Of a DNA stretch of 64,000 bases, positions 24,301 through 36,000 are shown piece after piece. The position numbers were made by a program, and so were the translations under genes. This stretch comes from Oopsacas minuta (taxonomy: Eukaryota > Animalia > Porifera), in NCBI GenBank assembly GCA_024704765.1, contig JAKMXF010000111.1, positions 1,499,627 to 1,563,626 on the forward strand, written 5' to 3'. Every line of letters starts with the position of its first letter. The stretch's first letter is position 1. The notes beneath the pieces were generated by a model. It worked only from the letters and a program-made list of their open reading frames with translations. It was not told where the DNA came from and ran no database searches.

Positions 24301-25286
24301 AATATACTCGTGTTGAAGAAAGAGAATGTTGTGCTCTGAATGATGCCTGACAAGCTGGCATAACGCACCTCCCTTTTTCTGATTCTACTAATTTTACTGA
24401 TAAAGGTATTCTCCCAAACATAGAATTTAATCACACGTATACCACTGATAATTTGATCCATGAAAAGAATGCGTTTGTCCCCAGTCAAAGATTGAAGGTA
24501 TCTGAAATGACCAAACAGGAAACTGAGGGCAATCTCTACTGGAGCATGTAGTAGGATATACAACACACCAATCAGTCCTATGGGTCCTATATATACCAAA
24601 ATAATAATAGTAGATAGAATTGCTATTATAGGAGATATCCAGTAGAAGTTCCAAAACAAAACTCCTAAATCAAACTTGTAAACATCGTTAGAAGCGAGGT
24701 TGATGATATGACCAATAGAAGTGTTACCTAGTACGGACTGCTGTAAGCAAAGTACTTTCCTATAAATAGCAGTGATGCAGATGGTTCGCATCTGCATACC
24801 CACACAATAGAGGATATCAAATGCGATACTATGGTGTACTGTCAGATACAGACTGATAACAGATATTAACACTGCTAAAGATAGAGATAAGCCATGAGAA
24901 TCAGAATAAATACTCACATTATTTGTAGCAGATTTGTTGCTGTAGGAAGTCAAACAATTAGAAGATAACTCAGTTACTAGAATAGCTTGTACCAATAACA
25001 AGAAAGCTTCGATGAAATGGAATATACCACCAATGAGGAATGGAGTTTTTAAAGTTTTAGCAAGAGCCACTTTGATATCAGGGTTTGGTTTAGAAAGCTC
25101 TGTCTGCCAATGTATATCAAATTTGTCAAATAGAATTTTAGATATGTGTTCTTCTGGACAAGGATAGAGATCTTGTTGAGTTAGCTTCTTACGGAATCCT
25201 TTGAAGAAGATAGGTTCCAGCCAAAGGAAAAATATTTGGAAGAAAAATCTACCTCTGTAGTCAATCTTTGTTGGTGAGAAATTCAT
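21327..25286 (-). CDS. ABCC4: ABC transporter subfamily C (MRP4/ABCC4-like), intronless, 1319 aa
   Basis: TMD-NBD-TMD-NBD layout; GPVSAGKSS, LSGGQKTRVSLAR, YLFDDPLS; GRTGAGKSS, LIDEATANVD, TIAHRI. Confidence 0.93.
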   Translation of the reverse strand: MNFSPTKIDYRGRFFFQIFFLWLEPIFFKGFRKKLTQQDLYPCPEEHISKILFDKFDIHWQTELSKPNPDIKVALAKTLKTPFLIGGIFHFIEAFLLLVQAILVTELSSNCLTSYSNKSATNNVSIYSDSHGLSLSLAVLISVISLYLTVHHSIAFDILYCVGMQMRTICITAIYRKVLCLQQSVLGNTSIGHIINLASNDVYKFDLGVLFWNFYWISPIIAILSTIIILVYIGPIGLIGVLYILLHAPVEIALSFLFGHFRYLQSLTGDKRILFMDQIISGIRVIKFYVWENTFISKISRIRKREVRYASLSGIIQSTTFSFFNTSIFIALFLLYTVSIVVENPLTPSNIGLAFLVLNTLRVDTVLVIGHAIFSGRESGVALKRIQQFLEFPENFQNNSLNCPENSNSIHIHNFSASWRGTEQLDELLVLKSINLTLDSPKLVAITGPVSAGKSSLLSCLIKELPGLSGHLSTASHPSYAAQEPWIFSGTLRDNIIFGNPLNLERYEKVIDTCCLREDIQLFPQGDFTLIGERGVTLSGGQKTRVSLARSVYKQADIYLFDDPLSSVDFRVGKDLFNNCMRGFLSSKLILLVTHHIYYVRQVDYIIVMREGVIEGRGVYPDIIENNTFCKEYLQGLEKERNYELSKASNTDRLTDMISTYSFEELNESYESIHPLIPIDTETTASTQPLSTYILTENSQKQSNSIATYLKYFRASGVIATLVLLALTILSNGCLLLAYWWMQSIAKCSQLSDNSILSNMTSDTCSWYFDFRNYSSLLLLSLFTIAGSVFMFLQGFNFYYLVLQAGRRLHNKMLNSVMHTNVYFFDTNPSGRILNRFSKDIGFMDEQLPIIFYDFWQSCTYNIAIAIACCAIQVLLIVPFLLLCFTTLSLRYFYLKTSTQVKHLESICRSPLYSHISLTLQGLSTIRALGMEKKLIQDFYHFQDEHTGAWYNYTSCQKWFGLRLDILTSFLAIFGILSAFVARCILNWEELLDFSIPLLLTLPSTFQYVVRLSGEVDILMVSVDRVLEYCNLYQEDRAAPHFPAQSSPVSIGCIEFKNIFFKYANHLPYTLRDISLVVHPGEKIGIIGRTGAGKSSLLNSLLLTNSLSSGSIIIDNVDISSLDISVHRKRLSIIPQDPFLFSGTLRQNLDPLDEFTSEEIWEALDKSYLKSRIDTLSDKLMSPVQEHGHNFSTGVRQLLCLARAVLRRNEIILIDEATANVDLHTDWLVQQAIRGHFYDCTVLTIAHRIDTIINSDRIVVMDKGRVVETDIPYMMLQDETSYLSRLLGQMDICTQCNLRSLALHNYNRIINSSIHKSIN

Positions 25287-25489
25287 TTCCTTTCAATAAC
25301 CACAGTTGATATGCACTTGTAGTTTTGTTATCAAGGCACTCTTTTGACGGATATGGACACTCAGAGAGACAATATTTCACTAAATATAATTCTCTTATAT
25401 AAATATCTCAAAACACCTTAAGTCTCTTCAACGCTACTATAACATCCAAAGTGAACTAATACGAGAAATCCATAAATATGTCGTGATGT

Positions 25490-26346
25490 CAGGGGTGGAT
25501 ATCGCGGGGGTAGTTGCCCCCCACCCAATAATTTTATCCCGACATGTTCTAGTTATGCCACCAACTTCAACCTTGGCCAGAAATTTCATAACCCAATATA
25601 AGTCATATAACATTATAACGAAAATTTCAAGTGGCTAGCTAGAATTCTCTGCATTTGGTGACACTTTCCCTTTGTCCACTGTACATATTTTTCAGTAGCT
25701 ATGGTAATTACCACTAATTAAAATCGAAATAATAGCCATAGTCTATAATAAATTCAGATTTGAGATATAAACTAGCTACAAGTTAAATCAACTCAAGCCC
25801 CGTAGAAGACAGGTGTGGAGTTGCGTCATTTTATGGTTGATATTTCATATTTACAATTGAGATGATGGTAGGCCAAATATCAATACTAGGCATGACACTT
25901 AGATACACCATCAAACTTAATTTCCTTAAGTACACATATTTGAAGGTTCTATTCGAAAAAAGATAAAATTGAGGCATCCTAAAGCAGGGTTCAAACATAT
26001 TAAATTACATTTTGCTAATTATTGCCGCACTGACAATGCGTCCACATACCACATACCACATCCCCATATTCCCAGAGAATTCTAGCTAACGGGTTGAAAT
26101 TTTCGCTAAATGTTATATTGAATATGGAAAAATTTTGGTCAAGTTTGAATTTAATGCATACTTAGAACATCTCCAATTCAAAATCAATCAAACATCCCTC
26201 ATAAATCAACAAGTCAAAATTCTAATATTATGCGGGCGGTGGAGCTGAAACAAGTTTCGTAACGACAGTGTACAAATGTTAGAGAAACACAATGATGGAA
26301 ATGAATACACTAAACTGATACCCCAAATTTAAGAGATCCGCCACTG
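25490..26346. mobile_element. Non-autonomous hAT element with internal inverted repeats
   Basis: Ends CAGGGGTGGAT / ATCCGCCACTG; degenerate 8-bp TSD CGTGATGT / CTAGATGT. Confidence 0.55.
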
Positions 26347-27682
26347 CTAGATGTGAATTGTATCATAACTGGAAAAGTTAGTAAAGTAGCAGTTTGACCA
26401 GTAGGCTGAGTTGCTGACGACTAATTTGGAAATGAGTAAGACAAACGCCAAGTCAAGTATTCTACATGTTTTCACTGTACAGTAGATATACCATTATAAG
26501 AATACTGTTGGGAGAAAATATATTCTAATATTGTGTATATTCATATTTAGTGTATACCGTGTGAATAGTGTACTATAATCATAAAATACGTATATCAAAG
26601 ATAAGTATTTGTATGAATCTCTGTAGCAAATCGTAGTATACTTACATAATATTAGTTATTATACTGATTGCAGGATTAGCTAATAAGCCTAATAAACATC
26701 AACAAATTATGATTAATATTATTATCTACTACAACTCTCTAGATATAGAATATACTGTAGGACTATCGACATGACTCCGAAACAGGTTGTCATAAGATCA
26801 GGTTATTTTGGTCATTACAGGTCTTTATCAGGTTATTCCGAGTATTTTCAGCTCATTTTCATGCTTCAGGGAATTTACGGTATTATTTCTTCCATAGTCG
26901 TTGATATTATTGTGTATCCTCTAAAACTGGAAAAGGTGCCAAAATTTAAAGTAGAACCTGGTTAAAATGTTTTATCTCTTAAATCCCAATAAAAAAGTTA
27001 TCATCATCATAATATAATATCGATTCGGATAAGACTTACTTGATGACTGGAGTATTTCAATTCACATTGCTCTCAGGATGGACTTTTTCTCGTATAGTTG
27101 ATTTTCCTGCTGAAAATTGTGGATTGGGATTTTTTTCGCATTTTTCCTGGGGGAATTGACTTCCCGTGATTTCTATTCAAATTTAGTAGCGATTTGATCG
27201 TTTCTAGTGCCGCATTTAACTAGAGAGACTGCAAATGTTCTAAATATAGCCTTGATTAAGGAGACTTTCATCACTATAAATGACAGGACAGGATTTACTG
27301 TCGTTAGTTACTAGTATTCTCGTCGTACAGGTTCTGGCTTTCATTCTCACTTTATACTGAGCCCAAGGCTTTTATTTGTTACTAGTTTCTTCCTGCTTTC
27401 TTCATTCACGCCTTACTTCAGTCAGACAAATACATACTCCAGTCGGACAAATGCATACTTCCAAATTCGGACAAATGCATGCGTCCCATTTTGGTGTCTC
27501 GAAGGGGCACGGTACATCTTATCCGAGTTCTACTGAATATCTCATTATATTAATGATTAGTTCAGTACACTGTGGAATAACTAGATTTGATATGATATTT
27601 GTTTTAATGCAGTAATGCACGAGGGATAATTATGATAAAACAGATTTTAGCCAATAATTGATAAATAATAACTGTTTTCATG

Positions 27683-28425
27683 CCTACTAAAATACGGCTA
27701 TACAGCTGCCGGATCATATTAAAAGTCCAGTGTTATAATTCTCATAAAAGAATAATGAAGCCTCAATGCTTGCGAATTCATATTTTTTGGTTAAATAAAT
27801 TCACGAATCAATTAAGACTACTTAAAAAGTCCAAACGGCCATCCTTCATCAAGTTTAGGCGCAATTCAAATAATGGCACATAATGTAAAAATTTACTATC
27901 AAAATTGAATTTTGTAATTTTCGTTTTTGGAATAATGTCTTCTATTCATCCATACTGCATAAATATTCAGTACATTTGCTCTAAAATTCATTTCTTTCCT
28001 CATTTTCATGTTTTGTTGTTTAATTCATAAATAGATTTTGATGATTTTATTATTTCATGTCCTAGGTATAAATTGTGTAATCTTTCTTCCAATAAGCTGT
28101 CGCCTAACTTGTATTATCTTGATTGTGAAGTAAATGACAAATTCAATCAACCAGCATCAATTTGGATATAATATTTTTCTGGTATAAAAGTTGAAATTAC
28201 TCAAAATGTATAAATGATGACGTCATTGCATAATGGCGCCTAAACTTGATGAAGGATATCTGTTTGGACTTTTTAAGTAGTCTTAATTAATTTCGTAAAT
28301 GTATTTACCCTAAAAAGGTTCAATTCGCAAGCACTGGAGCCTTAATTTCTTTTATAAGAATTATAAAACTGGACTCTTGTTTTACTATGATTCGGCAGCA
28401 TGTATAGCCGTATTTTAGTAGGCCA
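27683..28425. repeat. Foldback element with about 200-bp inverted arms; related arms at about 49980-50040 and 50545-50610
   Basis: CCTACTAAAATACGGCTATAC...AAGACTACTTAAAAAGTCCAAAC...TCCTTCATCAAGTTTAGGCGC is inverted at 28235-28425. Confidence 0.75.
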
Positions 28426-28915
28426 TGCTGTATGATACTTAACAATTTGTTTTTGTAACACGTTGCGAATGAATCTGTAGAGTAAATATAAATACTTGCA
28501 TTTTTGTTAAGAACAAACAATTTCTGAAACAAAATGGGGCTGCCCGGCCCCATGAATGATGCCTTTGATTTCCTCACTAGCTTACCTTGCTATTCTCGTC
28601 TCTTACCTCGTAAATTGAATTGAATCACTGCCATAATACGGTCAATTAGTTTCTACTTTCGAGTATGATATATTTTCGGTGTAATAGGCTCTCGTACTGA
28701 GTAAAAACTGGCAGTATATCTATCCATCCCTTAGAGTTTGGTTCCCCTTTACTAAGATGATTAATTGTACTCAATTGATTCTTAAATGACCTAAAATTAA
28801 CCTAGAAATGACCTGAACTTTCAGTGGCACCATATACTTTAGCATAAGTCAAACTGACCAATAGTAACTGCTTGCTGATATATATAGGAATATTTTTGAT
28901 ATATTATTTTGTTAA

Positions 28916-30535
28916 TAACTAGCCGCAACGGCGCCCTCTGGGCGGCTTTTTCTGCTAGTTCCTGTGGAATGCTTTTTCGGGCCTTCGGCCCTCACGATTG
29001 TCTTGGAGTTTTGGAACGCTACGCGTCCGCATGCAATAGCTCTCAATGAACAATCAAAAAAACATATTACATTGATATGCGGCATTCGTTCAAGTGTTTG
29101 TCATGTGACGGTACTACAATGCATTTTGCCAATTCTTCAAGTGTAGTTATTTATTTTTAGGTGGGTATTAGTATTTATACTAAAGTACTTTATTAAGTGT
29201 TATATATAGATAGCTCAAATACCGCTCTTAGGGCGGCCTTTTAAGCTAGTTCTTGGGGAAGGCTTTGTGAAGGGCCTTCGGCCCCTTGTAGAGCTTCGAA
29301 TTGTCTTTTTGGGAGAAGTTGGGTAGCACTTTCTCCGCATTACTCCACGGGGTCAATAAATTGTGAATAGTAACTATTGTAATTGGTAGAATCTGATTCA
29401 ACCAAATTCCCAGACATGTTCATATTATACGAAGTAAGGAATCTGATTGGCCAACGTTGACCAATCAGATTCCTCCGAAGGCATCGATTTATATGGGCGA
29501 GGTGTGAAAAATTCACATATCTTGTTCAAAAATGGTTCGATTCGAAATATTTTTTATTGGAAGGTTGAGTACTACTTAGTCGACACACAAAATTTGGTTC
29601 GAATCGGTCCAGGCATCTCTGAGAAAACGCGCGGACACATAAAGAAGCGCCTGCAATTGATCGACTTTCTAAGGTTTGCAATTGATCGAAAATACAATTG
29701 TCGATGAATTGTAAACCAAACAAATGAAACTGTAAAATGTATACTCAGAAACGTTTCATTGTATAAATAAGTGTACATTTCACCAATTGCTTATTCGAAT
29801 ACGTACCTATCTCTAACTTTATTATCATTCTTAACATGGACTACGTTTGCGGAAATTATAAACATCGTGGTGGTCTCTCACCCGCGTGTATGGTTTTTTG
29901 TTGAAATCCTCAATAAGACGATACAGGATACAGATTTAGATATTCAGCGCCTAGCAAAAGGTATTAACATTACTCGGAGTCGTAAGTTGAAGGACATCCA
30001 AAATGATTCGTTTCGTGCTCAATGCAAAGAAAAGCTTGTGTCGGGAGAATATAGTCCAACTCAATATGTGGATGCAATAGCTAGCTCTATCCACCCGGAT
30101 ACAAACCCAATAAACCTGCTTGGAGATTGCCCAGATGAGTCATTGTCGGATGAAGAGCCTGAAGATGATATTCAGGTTAATTGTTGTGTGCTTACTTCAG
30201 AGAGTAACAACAGTCCTATTTCTTCCTTGTAGGCATGCAAAATGTTGTGAGGAATGCAGTGCATCCTTGGAACAATGTCCAATATGCAGGGCAATATAGA
30301 GCAAAGATTCAAAAGTTTTACTTAATTTTTTCTCTCCAATATATTTTACTGTTGTTTTTCATTTTTCATTCAATAACTTTTCTCAATTCATTAATTAAAT
30401 CATTATATTCTCAATAATATTAGTCAAGGTTAGGATAAATCAATTCTAAAGTCGATCAATTGCAAACGTTGTCAGTCGATCAATTGCCGCGCCCCCCACA
30501 CAAACACACACATTTTGTTTTATATATATAGATAT
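28916..30535 (+). mobile_element. Helitron/Helentron-type non-autonomous element(s) hosting the MULE at 29644-30495; limits approximate
   Basis: AACTAG-like start with GC hairpins (GGGCCTTCGGCCC, twice), ACAC microsatellite and TTTATATATATAGAT end. Similar ends occur at about 51290-51360 and 56295-56340. Confidence 0.45.
29644..30495 (+). mobile_element. Internally deleted Mutator (MULE) element carrying the transposase C-terminus plus a RING finger
   Basis: TIRs with repeated GCAATTGATCGA; degenerate 9-bp TSD ACACATAAA / CCACACAAA. HPRVWFFVEILNKTIQDTDLDIQRL resembles the MULE post-catalytic region, followed across a frameshift by VVCLLQRVTTVLFLPCRHAKCCEECSASLEQCPICR. Confidence 0.72.
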
Positions 30536-30574
30536 TAGTCGAAAATATTATAATACACTTTACAAGGTGTATAT

Positions 30575-31068
30575 AGTGTATATCCTTATACACTATAAAA
30601 GGTGTATATCCTTATACACTATAAAAGGTGTATACCCTTATACACCATATAAGGTGTATATCCTTATACACTATATAAGGTGTATACCCTTATACACTTT
30701 ATAAGGTGTATATCCTTATACACTATATAAGGTGTATACCCTTATATACTTTATAAGGTGTATACCCTTATACACTATATAAGGTGTATATCCTTATACA
30801 CTTTATAAGGTGTATATCCTTATACACTATATAAGGTGTATATCCTTATACACTTTATAAGGTGTATATCCTTATACACTATATAAGGTGTATATCCTTA
30901 TACACTATATAAGGTGTATATCCTTATACACTTTATAAGGTGTATACCCTTATACACTTTATAAGGTGTATATCCTTATACACTATATAAGGTGTATATC
31001 CTTATACACTATATAAGGTGTATACCCTTTTACACTTTATAAGGTGTATATCCTTATACACTATATAC
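30575..31068. repeat. Tandem array of about 19 x 26-bp units ATAAGGTGTATA(T/C)CCTTATACACT(A/T)T
   Basis: Directly visible; only two positions vary regularly. Confidence 0.95.
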
Positions 31069-31135
31069 ACCGTATTTGTAGATATTATCGGTACCAACAG
31101 TATTCTTATATACTGTTTCTACTACTCACTGTAGT

Positions 31136-32545
31136 TCAAATCTTGAATGCAATAATAACATCATGAGTCTGTCCTTGAAAATACTTCCCAGTTAGCGGGA
31201 GGAGCACACTCCTACAGTTAGCAACAGCATCTCCCTCGATTATTTTAACCGCACTCATCATGCACGGAAGTATGAAAACAGGAGGTCGGGGAAATGTCAT
31301 CAATTCTGCACTAGGCTCCATACAATTAAACTTTCCATGGCACTTAGTGTATACAGAAAGCTTACAAACAATCCACTCAGAAGTATCAGTATTAGAATCT
31401 GGCATTAGTTTCATAGATTTGATGTAGCAATTATTTTCCTGGTTCTCCATTAGGCGGGCCTCATAAGCTGGATCTCCATAGAATGCTACTTTATCTTGAT
31501 CATGCAGGAGCCCATTACATTCATAGTTATCATCTCCTGTTTGGGAATCAGCTGTAGAGAGATAAGGAATAGGAACAGTAGGATATTTCAAATGGAGCTT
31601 AGCTATTAGAGATTGTTGGTTAGCATAGAATGCTTCTGAGAATGTCATTGAACCAGGATTATCTATAAAGTAGCTGTGGACACCCCAACCAGCATACCCG
31701 AACCATGTAACCACTGTATAACCAGTCATCTGTACTACACCTGCTGAGTGCATCCAACACAATGCCATACTATTAACATCTTTAATATGACCCATCAAAC
31801 AGTTGCCAGCTGCACTGTATACTTTAGCACTACCATTATGTGTAACAGGAATTACTCTGCCTTCTATAGTTAATCCACATAATTTTCCTTCTTTCGATAC
31901 TAACTTACCACTTTCAAATGAATAGCCAATATTCCAATCCTTCTCAGACGCATGGCCACTAGTGACTATCATATCAACTCCTTTATCACCCTCTCTATCA
32001 CGCGGTGTACTCAATTCTCTCACTATATCCTCACTAGCATCACCTGGACATTGTTCCTTCAAAACTTCATTGCTATCAAACTTCCTTCGGGTTGCTTCTC
32101 CTTTCTTCCCTTCATTATACCAAACTCCGGACTCGAAGTTGTTGAGATTAACAGGAGTACCAGATAACACACGCCTGATTATTAGGGGTTTCTGTCTGAG
32201 AGTGAAGAGAACATCCTCCTCATCTCTTCCCGTGAGGATACCCCACACAGTATCGTAGTACGGGTTAGATTGATCAATCTCTCGCGTTAAGTGGTGAACC
32301 CGTGCAACGAACATTCTAGAACATTCAGAATGAAAAGTTACAAAACAGGAATAAGAAGGTCGTAGCTTCTGTAGATCCACTAGTGAGCAGGTAACATCAC
32401 CTGTATATTCTATTAGCATGACCCTACCAGGCCATTTCCTCTCGTATTTAGCAATAAGATCAGCAACGGAATTGGGGAGCTTGGCTCTTGTCTCTGTGCT
32501 CACAACTATGGCGTACATACAAGAAGAAAGCAGGTTAATATCCAT
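31136..32545 (-). CDS. Uncharacterised 469-aa intronless protein; predicted clan CD (gingipain/peptidase C25-like) fold, bacterial-looking
   Basis: Long open frame with hydrophobic strand-TSGHA, strand-AGNCLMG and a late FYGDPA motif (compare LxGDP in C25). Family assignment is recalled/inferred, not searched. Confidence 0.7.
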   Translation of the reverse strand: MDINLLSSCMYAIVVSTETRAKLPNSVADLIAKYERKWPGRVMLIEYTGDVTCSLVDLQKLRPSYSCFVTFHSECSRMFVARVHHLTREIDQSNPYYDTVWGILTGRDEEDVLFTLRQKPLIIRRVLSGTPVNLNNFESGVWYNEGKKGEATRRKFDSNEVLKEQCPGDASEDIVRELSTPRDREGDKGVDMIVTSGHASEKDWNIGYSFESGKLVSKEGKLCGLTIEGRVIPVTHNGSAKVYSAAGNCLMGHIKDVNSMALCWMHSAGVVQMTGYTVVTWFGYAGWGVHSYFIDNPGSMTFSEAFYANQQSLIAKLHLKYPTVPIPYLSTADSQTGDDNYECNGLLHDQDKVAFYGDPAYEARLMENQENNCYIKSMKLMPDSNTDTSEWIVCKLSVYTKCHGKFNCMEPSAELMTFPRPPVFILPCMMSAVKIIEGDAVANCRSVLLPLTGKYFQGQTHDVIIAFKI

Positions 32546-33025
32546 AACATCTAATGTAGAGATATCTGAATAACTATACAGATGTTTTATTATTATACGA
32601 AATATCGAAATAAGGCTGCATAAGGGTAATTACAGCTAATTTGGATAACTCCTCAGTCATAATAGTACGATCTGTAAGTGGTGTCTACAACTTAGACGAG
32701 GTTTAATTTAAATGTAATTTTATTAGATATTCTGTATACCGGTAAACCACTTAAAATGCGAATAATCTAGTAATCTAAGATATAACAGGGGCGTAGGAGC
32801 TAGTGCAGCAGGTGCTGCACTCGCCGCCCCAATACTTCTTTGCTTCCTACGTCCTATTGGGGTAGGTAGCAATGAATTTATGGACAATATTAAACTGTAA
32901 AGGACAAGTACTATGATCTTAGAATCTAAGCTTTTGGATTCGATAACAACACAATAATTTCAAAATAATAAATGCACCGATAGAAGTGATTATGGCAGAA
33001 CTATTTAATAAGAGATAGTTTAACT

Positions 33026-36000
33026 TCATAGATTCTGCCTCCATGATGGGATAGCTAATCTCTGTGTACCTAGCTTCATAACCGGAAGATCTCTAGGAGC
33101 ACATGTAATATTTCTTCTACTCTCTTCATTAGCTTTCTCTCTCGATTTCCAACCCTCTGTCTTACCAGTAGTTCTATCTGTGTTCCTTGTACCTAGGGTT
33201 TGAGACACTAAATCAGTATTTTCAATTTACTGGAAATATACGAACTTATTTCTAATCTATCTAGTATTGTCATGATATACTTCAGAAGACCTAATAGTGC
33301 CCAATAGCAATAAATTTTAAATTTGGGGACAGATGTAAACGTAGCTCACAAGGTGTCATGATGCGTAAAAATGGGTGGGTCCAATTCTAGCTGGCGGTAT
33401 GTGAGCTTCAGTCAGGCACGTAGCTACGGGGGGGGGGGCAGTCGCCTTCCCAGATAAATTTGGAAGTTTTCGTTTTTATATACAATGTAGTTAGCTTATT
33501 AGTAATATTGCTCTATTAGCAACCAGCTTTTGGGTCCCAAACGGGATTATAATGTTAATTTCGTTGCCCTATTAGCAACCAAATTTCTTCAAAATCCGAG
33601 TTGCTAATAAGCGAACTCCACTGTAGTTAATAGCCTATGTACTTCAACTGCATCGCCAAAACTATGAAATTAATAACTCGCGTTGCAATGATGGTATAAT
33701 ACTAGACAGGAAGTAACGCTCATTGATAGTAAACTCGTTCTATTTTGACAGGCACTGAATTTCTACTATAATTTTAATTGAATTACCACGACCGCTAGCA
33801 AATGTTGTCAGAAGTTAGACTGTCCATTGAAGTAATTGAAGCATTGGTGATGCTCTTAGGGTTTCAGTTTTCAAAGCTTGTTCTGAAATTTACACATGAG
33901 TGAAGCCAATTTCAGATAGTCTCTATAAGTTATAAAGTCATTCTAAATCATCATATCTTTCACATTATCTGTTCTTCAATCAGTTCAGTGACTCGTATCT
34001 CTAATAATTCTAGATGACTAAAAGACTACAACAAAGCAAAGTTCAGGCGTATTTTAAAAGAAATCGAACAGAAATCGAAGATCATGTCGTCTCTTCAAAT
34101 TATGACGAGGTAGAGCCTGTTGTTACGAGTCTTCAAGTTCGACCCCTTTAACTTCCGATTCTTGTACAACTATTTCAACTCCGAGTTTAAACACGACTCA
34201 AATACAATCACCAATTGTGACTGTAAATGATTTGTCCAAAAAGGGTGAGAAACCGAGGCAGCTTTCTATTATCTTCCCAAAAAATGAGGCCGGTAGACAT
34301 TTTAGTACTCATTGGTATGCCCAATTCTCCTAGATAGAATATAGCAAAGAACTCGATGCTATATTTTGCCAACCGTGTCGGCTTTTTGGAGGATCAACAG
34401 CTGAAGCAACGTTTTAACAAAAGGACTTTGTGACTGGAGGAAACTTGGCGACAAGTGCAGAAAGCACGATAGTTCTGTGTGTCATATGGCAGCTGTTGAA
34501 ACACAGAAAGTCTGGGCAATTCATCAAAAAATAGGGACGGTTGATAAGCAACTGGATCCCAATTTTCGAAATGAGAAATTCATAGATGACAATCGGAAAC
34601 ATTTACTGACTGTTCTTGACATTATTACTTTTTGTGCCAAACAAGATATTCCTCTTTGAGGAGATGATGAATCAGGTCAGTCGCTTAATAAAGGGAACTT
34701 TCTTGAAATATTAGAATTTTTAGGAAAATATGATAGCAATGTGACCAAGAGGATAGAAAGTCTTCCAGGAAATGCAAAAATGCTAAGTCCAGATATTCAA
34801 AATGATTTGTTTACATCACTCGCTTCAGTGCTTCTAGACTATGTTAAAAGTGAAGTAGAAATCGCGTCTTGTTATGCTATTCTAGCTGACGAAGTAAAAG
34901 ATGCATCTAAGAAGGAGTTGTTAGGTGCTTCTTTGCGATATATCCATAAAGGTAATGTCCGAGAAAGAGCTATTGGCTTTATTGAATTGAAGGACATGGA
35001 TGCGGGCACCATCTCTGAAAAACTGATAGAGCTACTTAAGCCTTTTGAGCTCGATCCTCTGAAATGTGTAGGGCAGGGTTACGACGGGGCTAGTGTTATG
35101 TCAGGAATACACGGTGGTGTCCAAGCCCGCATGAAAGGAGCAGGTTATCGCAATGCGACATATGTTTATTGTGCTTCACATAGGCTTAACTTAGTATTAG
35201 CTGCAACTGCTGAAGGACATCCTCTGATGAAATCTTTCCTTGATATATTGGATTTGACGTATTCGTTCATGAATGGAACAAAGCGACATGCAGTTTTCAT
35301 AGACGTCCAGGATGAGCGCTATCCCAACGTCCAAGCTCTTGAACTTGCACGTTCATGTAGTACTCGTTGGTTTTCCCGTTCTTTGGAGGTGGAAAGGTTT
35401 CTGCGTCGGTTTGATTGCATACTTGATACTTTAAGCATATTTGGAAATGATGATGATGCAGACACAAGTTTAGCAGCTAAATCTTTGCTGGGTAGTCTAC
35501 AAACAAAGAAATTTATGACCATCTTAGTTTACTTTGGTAGGCTGTATGATTACTCTGATTTTTGCGCTAAAGCTTTTCAGAAGTCGACAGCAACTGTTTC
35601 TTCTGTTTGATATTACTTGCCGATCTGAGGGAAAGGTTGGTCAATTTCGATTTTGACAAGGTTGTCGAATATGCCCAAAGATTTGTCCAGTAAATATGAA
35701 ATCGAAAATTTTGATGTAAGAGACACAATCAGGCAACGGAGTCTTCCAGAAAGGTTTAGAGAAGGATATCTAAATAGCTCTGTTGGACACACAAACGCAT
35801 CCAACTTTGAAGAGCTTGAAATATTGTTACGCCAAAATGTCCGCGAGATCTTAGCAGAATTGGATGCCCGTTTTGGTACAGATCAATCAGGCATCATGAA
35901 GGCTGCTGATTGCTGCTTACCAAGGTCTCAAAACTTTCTTAACAAACAGGAATTGAATACACTATCTGAACTGTATGCAATAGATATCAAAGATTGTGAA

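Noticed and set aside
21720-24654. Short ORFs overlapping ABCC4 (and similar antisense ORFs over HEXIM, the hATs, the clan-CD-like gene and CCDC112)
   Set aside because: Shadow frames of real coding sequence with no independent homology.
26770-27500. ORFs 26771-26965 and 27376-27615
   Set aside because: No recognisable product; the minus strand shows only faint LINE-like remnants (LKILGIT), too degraded to call.
30575-31068. 26-bp array as a CRISPR
   Set aside because: Units are contiguous with no unique spacers, there are no cas genes, and the context is eukaryotic.
31136-32545. Bacterial contamination as the source of the clan-CD-like gene
   Set aside because: Its base composition resembles neighbouring genes, and it is contiguous with intron-containing CCDC112 and host repeats; only read-level checks could reopen this.
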